The translations under genes and the position numbers were made by a program. A model generated the notes under the pieces. It had not been told where the DNA came from, made no database searches, and saw only the letters and a program-made list of their open reading frames with translations. Positions 24,433 through 38,970 of a DNA stretch of 64,000 nucleotides are shown here, in pieces; position 1 is the stretch's first letter; each line of letters begins with the position of its first letter. Source of the DNA: Novakomyces olei (Eukaryota); assembly GCA_016906335.1 (NCBI GenBank), contig JADEYG010000001.1, forward strand, positions 682,001-746,000. The letters are read 5' to 3'.

Positions 24433-27400
24433 TCACGAAGCGCCTTCAGCGACAGACTGCCACTGAGCGAGACTACCAGTCCCGTGCCAGTAAAGCCGTG
24501 AATCAGCCGCCTGCCTTTTGTGCACAGTCGCGTCACTAGCGCACCCGTATCCGCCTCCGCCCGGAGTGCAGACGACGATTCTGTCGCCCGCGTCCATGAG
24601 CACGGCATTCTTGCCGCCCAGGTTTATAGTAATCGGCTCGGCACCCGCCCGCTCCGGCCGCCGGATCCACAGGTTCTGGCCGGCAGCTCCTTCCGTGCCA
24701 CCAGCGAGCCCGTACGGCCGATGCACTCGCCGCTCGCTCAGTATAGCGACCGAGAGTGGGATACGGAACTCTATATCCCGCACTACTCCCATCCCACCAT
24801 TGTACTGTCCTATCCCACCAGAGTTGGCTCGGAGCTGGAAGGAGTGCAGCCGGACCGGGTACCGGCGCTCAAGGATTTCCGGGTCAGTTATCCGAGTATT
24901 TGTCATGTGCGTATGCACACCGGAGGCTCCGTGCCACCCGGGACCGGCTCCCGCTCCGCCGGCAATTGTCTCATAGTAGCCAAAGCCCCGGGTATAAGTT
25001 TTCGACACATGGTCGTACCCGCCTCGGCCAAAGACGAGGTTATTGCAGTCGCCCTGTGAGGCAGCACAGGCAGCAAAGGCTCGCAAAACTACGTCAGTGA
25101 CCCGCTGGCTCGTACAGACATTGCCCGCTACAACGGCGGCCCCGGGGAGAGGGCTCAGTAAAGAGGCAGGTGGGATTTTTACGGTAATGGGTTTGAGGCA
25201 GCCCTGGTTGAGGGGCACATCCTGCTGGATCAGGCAGCGAAGGCAGTATATAATGGCACTGTACGTGACTGCCTCGGGCGCATTTAAATTGCCATACATT
25301 TGCGGAGACGTTCCCGCAAAATCAAACGTTGCCGATCCGGAATCGGTTATATCCACCCGGAGCCGAATAGCCGATCCGTCGTCCATAAAATCCTGAGCGG
25401 ATAAACGCGCTCCAAATTTGTGTTTAGCCTTCTTCAAAAGCTCTCGGACTTGAGTGTCTGCATTGTCCTGAATGGCTTTCATGTAAAAGAGGGTAACTGC
25501 CTCACCGTACTCCTCCATCAGCTGCTCAATCAGCACAATGCCCTTTTTGTTTGCCGAAACTTGCGCTTTCAAATCGCTCAAGTTATCCGCCAGGTTTCGA
25601 GTGCCAGAGCAGTTTGGGTACTTTGAGGGCTCCTCCAGCAGCAATTGCCGCATCCTCTCCTCATTGAACTTGCCCCGGCTGACCAGTTTTTCACTGTGGA
25701 TCATGGCTCCTTCCTCGTACAGGTGCTTGGACAAGGGCGGCATTGAGCCGGCAGTTATCCCACCAATATCCGAATGGTGGCCTCGGGAGGCCACGTAAAA
25801 CAGGATCCGGCCGGCATAGAAAGCCGGTGTGATTGTCGTTATATCCGGCAGGTGGGTTCCACCAGTGGCGGGATGGTTACATACTACAACATCGCCGGGC
25901 TCCAAATTGCCCCTCCAAATATCCGCCTGAGTGCGTACAGCAGTGGACATACTGCCCAGGTGCACTGGCAAATGTGGGGCATTTGCCACCAGTCCGCCTT
26001 CAGCATCAAACATGGCACATGAAAAGTCGAGTCTTTCTTTTACGTTTGTGGATACGGCTGTTCGCTGTAGCGCACGGCCCATTTGCTCGGCAATTGCCAT
26101 GAACCGATGGCCAAATATACTCAGCAAGATCGGATCTACTTGCTCCAACTGCCGAGCCTCTGTCTCTTTTTGACTACTGCCTTTTAGCTTTGCTCCAGTC
26201 TGCAGCTCGATTACAATATGCATTGGCAGTATTTTAGCCTCTGCATTCTCTGCCACTACTACCGTCTGCGTGTCGTCTATAATCATTGCCGGGCCGGTTA
26301 CCACGTGGCCAGGCTCGAGCTGCCCGAGACTGTAGACTGCCGTTGCCTTCTGCCAGCCTCCCGACTCAAAGTAGACCGGACGGCGGGCGTACACGTGCTC
26401 CTCACTGACAGGTTTTGGCTGGAAGTTGGCAAGCTGAGCGTCCAGCGGGCTGCCCAGATCGGCTCCGCTCTTGCCCACTCCACGGACCCTTACGTCATCG
26501 ACAAGGACGGGTCTGTTGTCCAGAGTGAAGCCAAACTCTTGCTCATGCTGCCTCACAAACTTGGCCGCAAAATCCCAGTCACGCTCCGGCCGCCGTACCA
26601 TTATCGCCGTGTCTGTGCCCTTGTACCGCATGTTTAGATACAGCTCACACTCTACACGGTCCTCGGGGAAACCCTGTGCACAGAGCTCTTTTCGCGATTT
26701 GGCTTCAAGCGCCAATAGCCGCGACTTGAACTCGGACAGTGTTGCAGAGTCGAACGGTTGAGAACTGGGTTCTTGTACCTCGTGCACTACGTCCGCCAGT
26801 GCCTGTCGTACGTTAAATAAATGAATTGAAATGAAATGAAATGAAATGAAATGAAATGAAATGAAATGAAATGAAATTAAATGAAATGAAATGAAATGAA
26901 ATGAAATGAAATGAAATTAAATGAAATTAAATTAAATTAAATGAAATGAAATTAAATTAAATTAAATTAAATTAAATTAAATTAAATTAAATTAAATTAA
27001 ATTAAATTAAATTAAATTAAATTAAATTAAATTAAATTAAATTAAATGAAATGAAATTAAATGAAATTAAAAACACAGATATACAGATGAATATAATTGA
27101 TTCAAATCAATATCCATCTCTCCTTACCATGCCATATGCAGACAACACTGAAGAGTACTTGTGGATAATCACAGTCCGAATTCCGAGCGACTCGGCTACC
27201 GCACACGCGTGCTGTCCTCCAGCGCCTCCAAAACTGGCCAGACGATGTTTGGATACGTCGTGGCCTCGGGCCTCTGTAAGAGCACGAATAGGGCGGCACA
27301 TTGACTCGTTGGCCACCTTGATAAACCCCAAGGCTACTTCGCTAGCTGTCATTTGCTTTTCCTTGGGGAGAGTCTCGTTAATTTCTGCCGTTAATTGGTC

Positions 27401-29032
27401 AAATTTCTGTTTTGTCGCCTCAATGTCCAAGCCCTCGTTCTCGTTTTTGCCGAAAATCTGGGGGAAGACTTCGGGGACAAGACGGCCAAGTAAAAGATTG
27501 GCATCCGTTACCGTCAGAGGACCTCCTTTCTGGTATTGTTAGTCAGATTATACCAAAGTAAATAATAAAACTATAAAACTATAAACAATAAACTAGCGAA
27601 ACAATAAAATAAAAGTCAAGGAGCCATTAAACACTTTTTTCAGTAGAGACTTACGCGATAGCACGCGGGTCCTGGATGGGCAGAAGCGCTCTCAGGACCA
27701 GCCTGAAACATGCCGTTCTTGAAGAAAAGCATAGAGCCTCCACCAGCAGCCACAGTATTGATATCCAGCTGAGGGCTCTGTATAGTTACGCCGGCTGTTG
27801 TTGTCTCAAAAACGTGCTCATACTGGCCGTCGAACCGACTCACGTCGGTAGAAGTGCCTCCCATGTCGAATCCGATGACGGGGATCCGTGTATTCGGATC
27901 AAAACTGGTAAGAGCATAGCCAACAACTCCGCCCGCCTGTAATTAGCATAAAGAATAGCAAAAAGAATAGAAATTGAAGGTTCAAGTGATTTAAACTCGA
28001 CTAGTTTAAATAATCAATTTAAATAAAATGCATGTAGAGCATTATTGAATATAGAGATTATGGCTTACAGGTCCAGACAAAATAGCCTTCAACCCCGAAA
28101 ATCGTTTCATATCAACCAGCCCGCCATCACTTTGCATGAACTCGCAACGTGCTCCACGGCCACCTTGCAAGTCAGTGTCTCCCAGCCCACCTTCAAACCC
28201 GGAACAGAAGCCGTCAATATACTTTTGTATTACAGGCGTGAGGTAAGCGTCTGCGGTGGAGGAAGTGCCCCTTGAAACAATTTTAATCATAGGCATCAGC
28301 TGGGAGGATAGACTCACGTGAGTGAACCCCAGGCTTTTTGCAATTTCTCCAACAGCTATTTCGTGCTCCGGGAAAGTGTAAGAGTGCACAAGACAGACGG
28401 CCACACTACGAATCCCCGTGTCGTAAAGTGCCTGTAACTGTTTCCGCACAGCCTCACGGTCGATACGTTTAAGTATGCGCACAACTTCACCAGATATGCC
28501 CTTAACCAAGTCGGGGTCTCCCTCGATATTCACAGGTTGGGGGTCTGGATCTTCTGCGTACTCCTCCAGGGTCACACGCTCATCGATCTCCACAACAGAA
28601 TCGTGAAGCACATCTGGCTTTGAGATGGAAAGATCGAAAATCCGAGGCCGTGACTGATTCCCGATATTGAGCAAATCACGGAAACCTCGAGTAGTGATAA
28701 ACGCGCAACGCTCACCTTTCCGCTCGAGTAAAGCATTCGTGGCTACAGTTGTGCCCATTCGTATACTCTCAATTGGCCGCGTATCTATTTTATCTTGGCG
28801 CGCAAGCGAGCGGGAAAGAAACTTTTCCAGTATACGTCGAATACCTTCTCTTGGAGCATCCTCATAGTTTCCCGGATCAACTGATAAAAGCTTTATTACA
28901 ATATCTTCTTCGCCGTCACAGTAACCCACACAGTCGGTAAACGTACCTGACTCGTTAGCATAAAGTGGCCTTTAATGTTGCCAATTGCCTACCGCCGCGA
29001 TCAATAGCAATGCGAATCTGTTTGGCCGCCAT
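24433..29032 (-). CDS. OXP1: 5-oxoprolinase (ATP-hydrolysing)
   Basis: Motifs [71 protein letters not shown] and TPGGGGYG. Four introns. Confidence 0.96.
26822..27071. repeat. Compound pentanucleotide microsatellite (GAAAT)n/(TAAAT)n in the last OXP1 intron
   Basis: About 50 units are visible. Confidence 0.95.
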
Positions 29033-29074
29033 ACCGATAGTGGTGTGCCGTTGACGTAGTCGCGACGGCGTTTA

Positions 29075-29254
29075 GATAACTAATACACACAAAGAATAAA
29101 GTATGGGGTACGTTACCCACCGTACCTTGCGCAGAGACTATGACATACGTTGGGATAAGTAACAGTACCTATATTTTAGTCTCGTACTTTATAAAACTTA
29201 TAAAAGTAGGCTACAGTCTGATAATGTGTGGTAATGATTTAAACGTTTGATAAG
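29075..29254. promoter_or_regulatory. Cluster of GATAA(G) sites upstream of OXP1 (putative nitrogen-regulated GATA-factor sites)
   Basis: GATAA at 29075, 29154, 29220 and 29249, within about 220 bp of the OXP1 ATG. Confidence 0.4.
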
Positions 29255-29507
29255 CAGTACAATCTAAAAGTGGCACGAGGTGCTACTGTGCTCGGCGCTC
29301 AGCCTTAAAGTCGGTCAATGTTACTCTGAAACCGTATATTAACGTAATGTATGGCAAAAAAGGTTAGAACTTGATGATATATTATGGTGATTATAACATG
29401 GGGATGCATGACAAAGTTACTACTATCTATCAATCAACATGTTAATATGACATTAATCGTAGTTATTCCTCCTAGGCTCTCCTCCTAGACTCTACCAATC
29501 AGTCACA

Positions 29508-31483
29508 ATGCTAACGAACGTGAGGTTGCGACCTTGGCGCGCGGCGTCGTACCTCAGGACGGCGCCGCAGCTACCGCAACGTCTAGCCTCGGGGTTCGCT
29601 GCTTCTCAGGAAAAAGTAAGGTTTACTAGAAAGTGATGGTCGAGATCTAACTGAGTAAGGTGCTGTCAGTGCCTTTGCAAAACGAGGATCTTCAGATCTA
29701 TGCAGTAGTGCAGAACGAGATCAAACGACAAAAGCAGTCTATAAATTTGATTCCGTCTGAGAATTTTACCTCGCGCGCAGTGATGGACGCGCTTGGCTCG
29801 CCCATGCAGAACAAGTATTCTGAAGGTTACCCGGGCGCTCGCTACTATGGCGGGAACGAATTCATTGACCAGGCAGAATTGCTTTGCCAGAAACGTGCAA
29901 TCGAACTTTTTGGACTGCAGTCCGATGCTTGGGGAGTTAACGTTCAGGGTATACATCATCATTATTTTCTACTAATTTATTTGTTAAATTTAGATATTTA
30001 TTATATTTATTTTTAGTTCTTGGGTTTTCTTTATAGCATCCCTTTCACGCTGTACTGGAAAATGCCCTTTTTTACAAGCTCAATTTAATTTTTGTTTGAA
30101 TGAGAATACCCCTCAATTTTGTGTGTGCTTACATCCAGCTCTCTCCGGATCGCCTGCTAATCTGCACGTGTACTATGCACTTTTGAAACCTCACGAACGC
30201 TTAATGGGTCTGGATCTGCCCTCGGGTGGGCACTTGTCACATGGCTATGCCACACCAACGAAAAACATTTCTGCTGTCTCCACTTACTTTGATAATCTGC
30301 CGTATCGTGTAAACCCGTCAACGGGAATAATCGATTATGACGAGCTGGAAATGCTGGCTCAGCGGTTTCGGCCCAAAATTATTATCGCAGGAACAAGCGC
30401 TTACTCGCGAAAACTCGACTATGCTCGATTTAGACGAATAGCAGATTCAGTCAATGCATATCTTATGGTAGATATGGCTCATATTTCTGGTCTTGTAGCT
30501 GCTCGCGTACTGCCTTCGCCCTTTGAGTACGCTGATGTTGTTACTACGACGACGCATAAATCTTTGGTACTTGAAAATTGTTAACTTTACATGTTATTCA
30601 AATTATTTCAGCTTTAATTTATTATTCATTTATTTTTTCATAATTTTTAAGTTTTTAAATTCTCGTTTATTCATTAGCCATAATATTATTGTGATATGGG
30701 TGCTAATTTATAGCGGGGACCACGTGGGGCGATGATATTTTTCCGTAAAGGCGTACGCTCAGTCGACAAGAAGGGGAATGGTAAGCAATATAGATTTTTC
30801 AATACACGATTTAAGAAAAATGTTTATGTATGCTCTAACAAATTCGTCAAGAAATCCCGTATGACCTTGAAGGCCCAATCAATTTTTCAGTATTTCCTGG
30901 TCACCAAGGTGGCCCACACAACCATACGATAACTGCACTTGCAGTCGCACTAGGACAGGCAATGAAACCCGAATTTCGCGAGTATCAGAAACAAGTTATT
31001 AAAAATGCTGAAGCTATGTCTGATGCGTTCATTGAGCGGGGATACGATGTTGTATCTGGAGGCACAGATAACCATCTGATTTTGGTGGATCTAACAAACA
31101 AGGTATGATCAATTTTATTTTCTCCCCGTCTAACTACTAAATAGGGAATCGACGGTGCTCGGGTAGAGAGGGTATTAGAGCTGGTGAATATCGCGGCCAA
31201 CAAAAACACTGTCCCTGGAGATAAATCAGCCTTGATCCCTCACGGCCTTCGACTGGGGGCGCCGGCAATGACCACTCGTGGACTCACGGAACCAAAATTC
31301 AAAGAGATTGTGGAATTTATTGATCAGGCAATTAACCTGACTATCAATATAAACAAGCAAGTTCCGGGAAAGAAGTTGCGAGACTTTAAAGAGCATCTTG
31401 GTAATGGTGAAAATGTACCGGAAATTTCTGTTTTGAAGCAGTTAGTAGTCGAGTTTGCTGATGCTTTTTACTGCCCTCATTAG
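29508..31483 (+). CDS. SHM1: Serine hydroxymethyltransferase, probably mitochondrial
   Basis: Arg-rich presequence-like exon 1. Motifs [52 protein letters not shown] and NKNTVPGD. Five introns. Confidence 0.95.
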
Positions 31484-31982
31484 GGATGATATCCTAGGCA
31501 TACTAAATAAAGTTTTGCAAGTTTGGAATGACAAGTCAATATAAGTAGAAAGCAGTCAGAGGCTTTAACAGAAAAAAGCACGGAATCTAGAGACAGAAAG
31601 AAAAGGTCTATCAACTGCTTCGTAAATTGTGGCAAAGCATGTTGCCCTTTAATATTCTGGAGTTCTTGTGCAAATTTTATAGTTGCGAGTTGTAGAAGAC
31701 GACTATCTGCTATTTATTTCCAAAGCCAGATATGAATATATAGTTTCATAACGCTGTACATAGATGGCAATTAACCCTAACCCTCTAAGTATACCTCATA
31801 TTAAGAACTTACAATTCAATTAATAATAATAGAAATGAAATATTGATTTACTCTGCAAATTAATTTGTTTTCCATTATACCGCCTAAAGATTTTTGACAG
31901 GTAAAAGGCAGATGGTCCTGAACATAAGCAAAGATTTGATTAAAAATCGATTTAGTTGAAAATTCGTTGCGCGCTGGCCGCT

Positions 31983-34900
31983 ATGGCGCCAGCAGTGCAT
32001 TTCCAGGAAGCTTCAAGTGAAAAGGTACTATTGTATTAATTTCCTAAGAACAGTTCTAACAAGTGCCATAGAAGCCCAGGTCCAAATCACGATCGCAGGG
32101 CGACTCTTTCAACGCCCTGCTCAATCCTATATACAAGGGCAAAGCCTTGACAGATTCCGTTGATACGGTCAAGGTAACCTTATTGTATTTAAATCTTTTT
32201 ATTTATCACTTATAGGACAAATGGAACTTGCTACCGGCCTTTCTCAAAGTCAAAGGCCTGGTCAAACAGCACCTCGACTCCTTCAACTACTTTGTGGACG
32301 TTGAGCTTAAAAAAATTGTCAGGGCAAACCAGGTGGTAACAAGCGATGTTGAGCCCTGGTTCAGGCTTCGGTACACTGATATCTATGTCGGAAGGCCTAC
32401 TCGAACTGACGCTGATTCTGTGAACCACAGTATCACTCCGCAAGAGTGTCGGCTTCGAGATCTAACTTACTCTGCCCCAGTCTTCGTGGACATTGAGTAC
32501 ACTAGGGGCAAAGTAATTGTACGTAAACGCGGAGTCTCTATCGGCCGTATTCCCATAATGTTACGCAGTAACAAGTGTGTGCTTTCGCAGGAACCGGCGT
32601 ACAGGAAAACGTATGAGCAGCATATGGCAGAGCTTGGTGAATGCCCTCTCGACCCGGGGGGGTATTTTATAGTTAAGGGTACGGAAAAGGTCATTCTTGT
32701 CCAAGAGCAGTTGTCAAAGAACCGAATAATCGTGGAGGCAGAGCCTAAAAAAGCGTATGTGCAAGCATCCGTAACCTCATCCACTCACGAACGCAAATCC
32801 AAGACTTATGTGCTTACGAAGAACGGAAAGCTTTACCTCAAGCACAATAGTATAACAGAAGATTTGCCTATAGTTCTTGTGCTAAAGGCAATGGGAATGC
32901 AAGCAGATCAAGAAATTTTCCAGATTGTATGTGGGTCCGATGCAGTTTACCAGGATCTTTTTGCTGTAAATATCGAAGAATGTGCAAAAGTCGGTGTCTT
33001 TACTCAGCAGCAGGCTCTCGAGTACATTGGCGCAAGGGTCAAGGTCAATAGACGATCTGGGTTCCAGCGTCGGCCGCCTCAGGAAGAAGCTCTGGAGTTA
33101 TTAGCTGCTATTATTTTGGCACATGTCCCGGTAAACGATTTAGATTTCCGACCAAAACTGGTTTATGTGGCAATAATGACCCGTCGTGTCCTCATGGCAA
33201 TGGCCAATCCTCAAATGGTGGATGATCGGGATTACGTGGGCAATAAACGTCTTGAATTAGCGGGCCAATTGCTCTCTCTACTTTTTGAAGACTTATTTAA
33301 AAAATTTAATTCCGATTTGAAAACAAACATAGACAAGGTGCTTAAAAAGCCCAATCGAACTCAAGAGTTTGATGCCTATAATCAAATTGCCCTGCACGAT
33401 AATCATATAACACAGGGCATGATTAGAGCGATTTCTACGGGAAATTGGTCACTGAAACGGTTCAAAATGGAGAGGGCTGGTGTCACTCACGTGCTGTCAC
33501 GCTTAAGCTACATCTCTGCTCTCGGCATGATGACCCGAATTTCCTCACAGTTTGAAAAGACCCGCAAAGTGTCGGGTCCACGAGCATTGCAGCCTTCACA
33601 GTTTGGTATGCTCTGTCCCTCAGATACACCAGAGGGAGAGGCATGCGGCCTCGTCAAGAATTTGGCCCTAATGACTCATATTACTACGGATGATGAGGAG
33701 GAGCCGATTATAAGAATTGCCTTTTCCCTCGGTGCGGAAGACGTTCGGCTCTTGTCTGGCCACGAGCTTCACTCTCCGGGTGCTTATGTAATCTATTTGA
33801 ACGGAGTCATTCTCGGGATCACCGCGTATCCGACCCGGTTTGTCGGCATGTTTAGAGAATTGCGGAGAAGCCGATGCATTTCCGAGTTTGTTGGAATCTA
33901 TGTGAATCACCACCATCGAGCTGTGCAGATCGCATCCGACGGCGGTCGGGTTTGCCGACCGCTTATTATAGTGCGGAATGGCAAGTCGCTGGTCACGGCT
34001 CGGCACATCCGATCACTGAAACTGGGCCGCATGACGTTTGACGATTTTCTGGCTCGAGGCCTTATAGAATACCTCGATGTCAATGAGGAAAACGATGCTT
34101 ATATTGCTATTTATGATTCCCAAATTACGGCAATGACCACCCATGTGGAGATTGAGCCTTTTACCGTGCTTGGAGCCGTTGCCGGCCTTATCCCTTATCC
34201 GCATCACAATCAATCGCCTCGAAACACTTATCAGTGTGCAATGGGAAAACAAGCAATCGGAGCAATTGCTTACAATCAGCTGAATCGCATCGATACGCTG
34301 CTATACTTGATGGTCTACCCGCAACAGCCGATGGTTAAAACGAGGACGATTGAGCTGATTGGGTACAACAAACTGCCGGCCGGACAAAACGCTGTAGTCG
34401 CTGTAATGAGTTATTCCGGTTATGATATTGAGGATGCACTTGTTTTGAACAAGGCCTCAGTGGACCGCGGGTTCGGAAGGTGTCAGGTTATGCGGAAGCA
34501 TACTACGGTTCTGCGCAAGTACGCGAACGGCACTTTTGATCGGCTCGGCGATCCGGTAATGGAGAATACAAATGTTTCAAACAATAATACGAATGATAAA
34601 GCAAAACCTGTTAAAACGTGGAAGCATCGAGCACTAGACGACGATGGACTCGCATTTCCCGGTGAACGTATGGAGTCGGGCCAAGTCTGTGTGAATAAGC
34701 AGTCGCCCATAAACGCAACCGACAACAGTCTACCCGTCCGTGGACAGTCAAACGTTAACCCTAGCCCTAACCCTAACCAGAGCGGTTCGTTAGGGTTTAA
34801 GTCTACGGCTTTGAGCTACAAGTCACCAGAGCAGGGCTATGTGGACAAGGTTATGCTGACCACATCGGACAGGGACGAGACCCTGATTAAAGTGTTGATG

Positions 34901-35644
34901 CGGCAAACCCGACGGCCGGAGCTCGGCGATAAGTTTTCCAGCCGGCATGGTCAAAAGGGAGTTTGTGGAATCATTGTGCAGCAGGAAGATATGCCGTTTG
35001 ATCAGAACGGAGTTGTTCCCGATATCATTATGAATCCGCACGGATTCCCATCCCGAATGACTGTGGGTAAAATGATTGAGTTGCTGGCGGGTAAAGCGGG
35101 AGTGCTTTCCGGAAACTTGCAGTACGGAACTGCCTTTGGTGGCAGCAGGGTTCAAGACATGTCAGAGATCCTGATCGCCAATGGCTACTCGTACTCTGGC
35201 AAGGATATGCTTACGAGCGGAATAACTGGTGAATCACTCGAGTCTTATATTTTTTTCGGGCCGATTTATTATCAAAAGCTGAAGCATATGGTCTTGGACA
35301 AAATGCACGCAAGAGCGCGTGGACCTCGGGCTGTCTTGACCCGACAGCCCACGGAAGGCAGGTCGCGTGACGGAGGATTGAGGTTGGGAGAGATGGAGCG
35401 CGACTGCTTAATTGCCTATGGTGCATCTCATCTTTTACTGGAGCGTTTGATGTTGTCCAGTGATAAATTCGACGTTGATGTATGTGAAACTTGTGGCCTG
35501 TTGGGATATAATGGCTGGTGTGGTCGCTGCCAATCTGCTGCTGGGATTGTGAAAATGACGATTCCTTACGCAGCCAAACTGCTTTTCCAGGAACTCATGA
35601 GTATGAATATTGTGCCAAAATTGGTGCTGGAAGATGATATGTAG
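31983..35644 (+). CDS. RET1: RNA polymerase III second-largest subunit
   Basis: Motifs [44 protein letters not shown] and [21 protein letters not shown]. Two short 5' introns (32025-32071, 32174-32215). Confidence 0.97.
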
Positions 35645-36991
35645 TGAACTTTTTATATAGACTGCTTTGTGCAGAATGTTTAATGGTGGGACCTGTGATT
35701 CAAACGAATAGATAGACAAAAATGTATATATATGTATCGTTTTGTGTATATTTCAGACAGTGCTGCTTTATTTGTCTCCTAGTCTGTTTGACATTTTTGA
35801 AACCATCAGTCTCGATTATTGTACAGAATGTACTTATAAAGGTATACACTGTACGCTGAAGGTCCCCATCCGCTTATAATAAATTGATCACGATTAATTT
35901 CGACTATTCATTATATACGATATTTTGCCGCCATTACTATGTTATTCTCAAACTGCTATACATATTGCTCTCAGTAATATCGTATGCACAGTTTCTCATC
36001 CGTGTCGTGGACCCTGAATTACGTAATAATCTACAGAGCTGGGGATCAAGAGATATTTCAGCCAATGAGACGCGCCGGCACAGCACCAAAAGCCGATAGG
36101 GCAATTAATTGTAAGCACGCATGAGGACGAGCATTTGTACAGTAAATTGCTGGTGAACACGGCAATTGAGCAGTTCTGTTTTACTTTTGCTTTTATTTTG
36201 TTTTAATTCAAGTGTAGAAATTAGTCTCGAATAGTTTGATTTATTTTTAGACAAAATTTGTGTGTATTTCGGTTTTCTTCATGCATACCGCCGATCTGTA
36301 CGGCAAACATGCCGCTGCGTTACTATTTTACAGCTCTTGAACCCTGGTAAAAATAGAATTGTCTAGCAGAAATTAGACTTTTGCAAAACATATATAGCAG
36401 TGAGACTGCAAATGGATTATTAACGTGCTGGCTGCGGATAAGTCGGCAATGAGTACGAACTCTAAATGCCGCTCAGGTCTGGCGATTGTGACTTCTTTTT
36501 ACTCTGAGCAATATATTGTGTATATCGATGAAATATACAAAAATAAAGGCATGTATTTGCTAGAGATTTACTAGATTTTGCAAGCAGTAGTAACGTAAAG
36601 TAACCAAAATTCTGCTTCTATAGTGAAAAGCGCGTCCAGTATAATGCATTGTATTTGACCGATTCCAACGAGCACCTGCAATGTATCGATCGGTATGCCG
36701 ATGTTATTGTTTGACGGTAAGTGGAATTCAGCAATATCGGCAGTTTGGTGTGCGATGCACGGCAAATGTCGCAGGGATAGAATGGTAAATGGTGAAAATA
36801 TTTATCTATTTTTGTATATCTATTAATAAATTATGCGACTACTCAGCCCAAAACTGCCGAAACGAACAAACAGGGCGTGTGTGGGCGAGCAACAGGAAGG
36901 CGTAGGGACTAGAAAAATAAATGATATAAATGACAATGAACCAGAGCAACATCAACAAGGTACGTTGAGTCGACAGACACAAATTTGGTAT

Positions 36992-37041
36992 ACAAATGTG
37001 GGTCAAAAAATGTGGGTCACAAATGTGGGTCACAAATGTGG
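36992..37041. repeat. 13-bp tandem repeat (ACAAATGTGGGTC)
   Basis: About 4 imperfect copies, intergenic. Confidence 0.7.
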
Positions 37042-38970
37042 ACACACACATGTACAAACGTGGTTCCCAGACTGAAATAAGACATGTAAAGAATGGTTGC
37101 TTAGGGACAGACGGGCAGAATCTGTGGCGGATCATTGATCAATCAAATGATTAATGTAGCACAGTGATTCTTGTCTGACACAATCCCCGTCCCTAACCAT
37201 ACGTTACGCACTAGCAACCTCAGCTCTATGTAATGCTATAGTAAATTTATGTACTGACTGACGGTTTAAGCTTGCGGCGCAGCTTAAACTTTCGACCTGA
37301 CTCATTCAACATTGGCCCTGATTGTTAGCCACTTTAGATCTTGGTCTCTAGCCACATTACATGTGGGCAGACTAATCGCGCCAGCAGGCCATGCCATATG
37401 GCATCTACGGCATACTACTCTATAGCATAAAACACTATACCCCATACTCAGACCTTTTAGAGTTCAATAAAGAGAGTTGGTAGTGCTATACTTGTCGCTC
37501 CATTAAACGCCTATACAACAGTTCAGCGGTAGGGATCGAAGATTAATCCGCATGTAACGTCCCTGAGGGGTACGGCAAACATGCCAGAGTACAGCGGCAA
37601 ACATAAAACAAAAATTCCCATTAGCAGAATAGGCACTCGCACTGATCAAGATCGGTCGCATTGCCGCCCGTACTCTATACAAAAGTGAAAATTTAATCTA
37701 TCCATCTATCCGTCCGTCGATGCTCTGTCCAAATGTAACAGTCTCGAGTATTTTGTGATACTTCTCGAATACGGGGCTAAATACGATTTACTCACGCATG
37801 ACAAATCATATGAAAACCCCAATGTTCCGCCGTGTGAATCACAGACACACAATGTTTTGCAATTATTAAAGTAAGCATGATTTCCCATGATCAAAGTCTA
37901 ATACCCACGATACCACGTAATAATTATAATAAAATACACGTCTGTATATAATATTAACGCAAAACTGCCTCTTTTTAACTTTACCTTAAACCTTTGCACG
38001 ACTCTTTGTCCTCTGAACGCGTGCTGAGCGATCGACTTTTACATTCACAACCCTAACGTCTCCCGTTGCAGTACTGCCGTTTTAGCTGCCTGCAGTCGGG
38101 CTTTGCCGACGTCTCTTTCTGCCTTTGCCCGCGCCACGTTGGCCGTGGATCGCGTTATAAAGTACAAGCATACACTACCACACCTCTTTACTCGAGCCTT
38201 TCCTTTTGCTCTCTTTTCACTTTTACGTACAGTCTGCTCCGCATTGACGGCAGTCGGGCCGGTGGAGTGCGTTTGGCTGGCAAATCTTGCCGTGACTGTG
38301 CAAACTGACCAGTCTCGAATCACATTTGCCTCCTAAAAAGTCGGTACTCCGAGCTTGTGCCGGGCTGTTTTGAGACTAGCGACGTGGCCGTAATCAGCAG
38401 TCTGGCTGCCGATTACTACTCGCTCTACTGATTGCGTCTATAGTCGGCCCGTCGTGCTGACAGAGCTGATACTTTGGCCTCTGCTCTTACACTTTTAACT
38501 CTGCACCTTCTTACCTGGCAGGCATTTTTGCCGCGGCTAATTGTCTCAGACGACTGTCTCTGTCTCGCCACTTGTCCAATCCTGTCTGCCCTAACACGTA
38601 CACTTGCGGCCGTCAGATTTTGTGTTACGTCGCGTGCGTGCGTTTAGCCTGTCTTGCTCTTGCGCAAATCAGGTTTGATTTTGATTCATTCACTGATTCA
38701 CTGATTGATTGCAAAACAAGAGTGGCAAAAGAGTATACGGAAACTGTTTGGAACAAGTGCACACGCAAAAGACTGCAATACTGCTTGACAATCTCGACAG
38801 ATATATATAGCCTTGCTAAAGCCTTTCTGGTTTATGAATACCCTTCTCTGAACCCGGAAACTAGCAACTGGACTAGTGAGCTTGTGTACGAGAACAACTA
38901 CACACTGTACATTTTGTCTATACTTTCTACCAGCAACAAACATTTTAACAATATTGATCTTTGAGCAGCA

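Noticed and set aside
32228-35644. CUG codon reassignment
   Set aside because: CTG occupies conserved Leu positions (GLVKQH, WSLKR), which supports the standard code.
35700-38960. Short ORFs and a hairpin (37265-37288) between RET1 and the PUF gene
   Set aside because: I found no coherent exon chain or homology; this is most likely promoter and long 5'UTR sequence.
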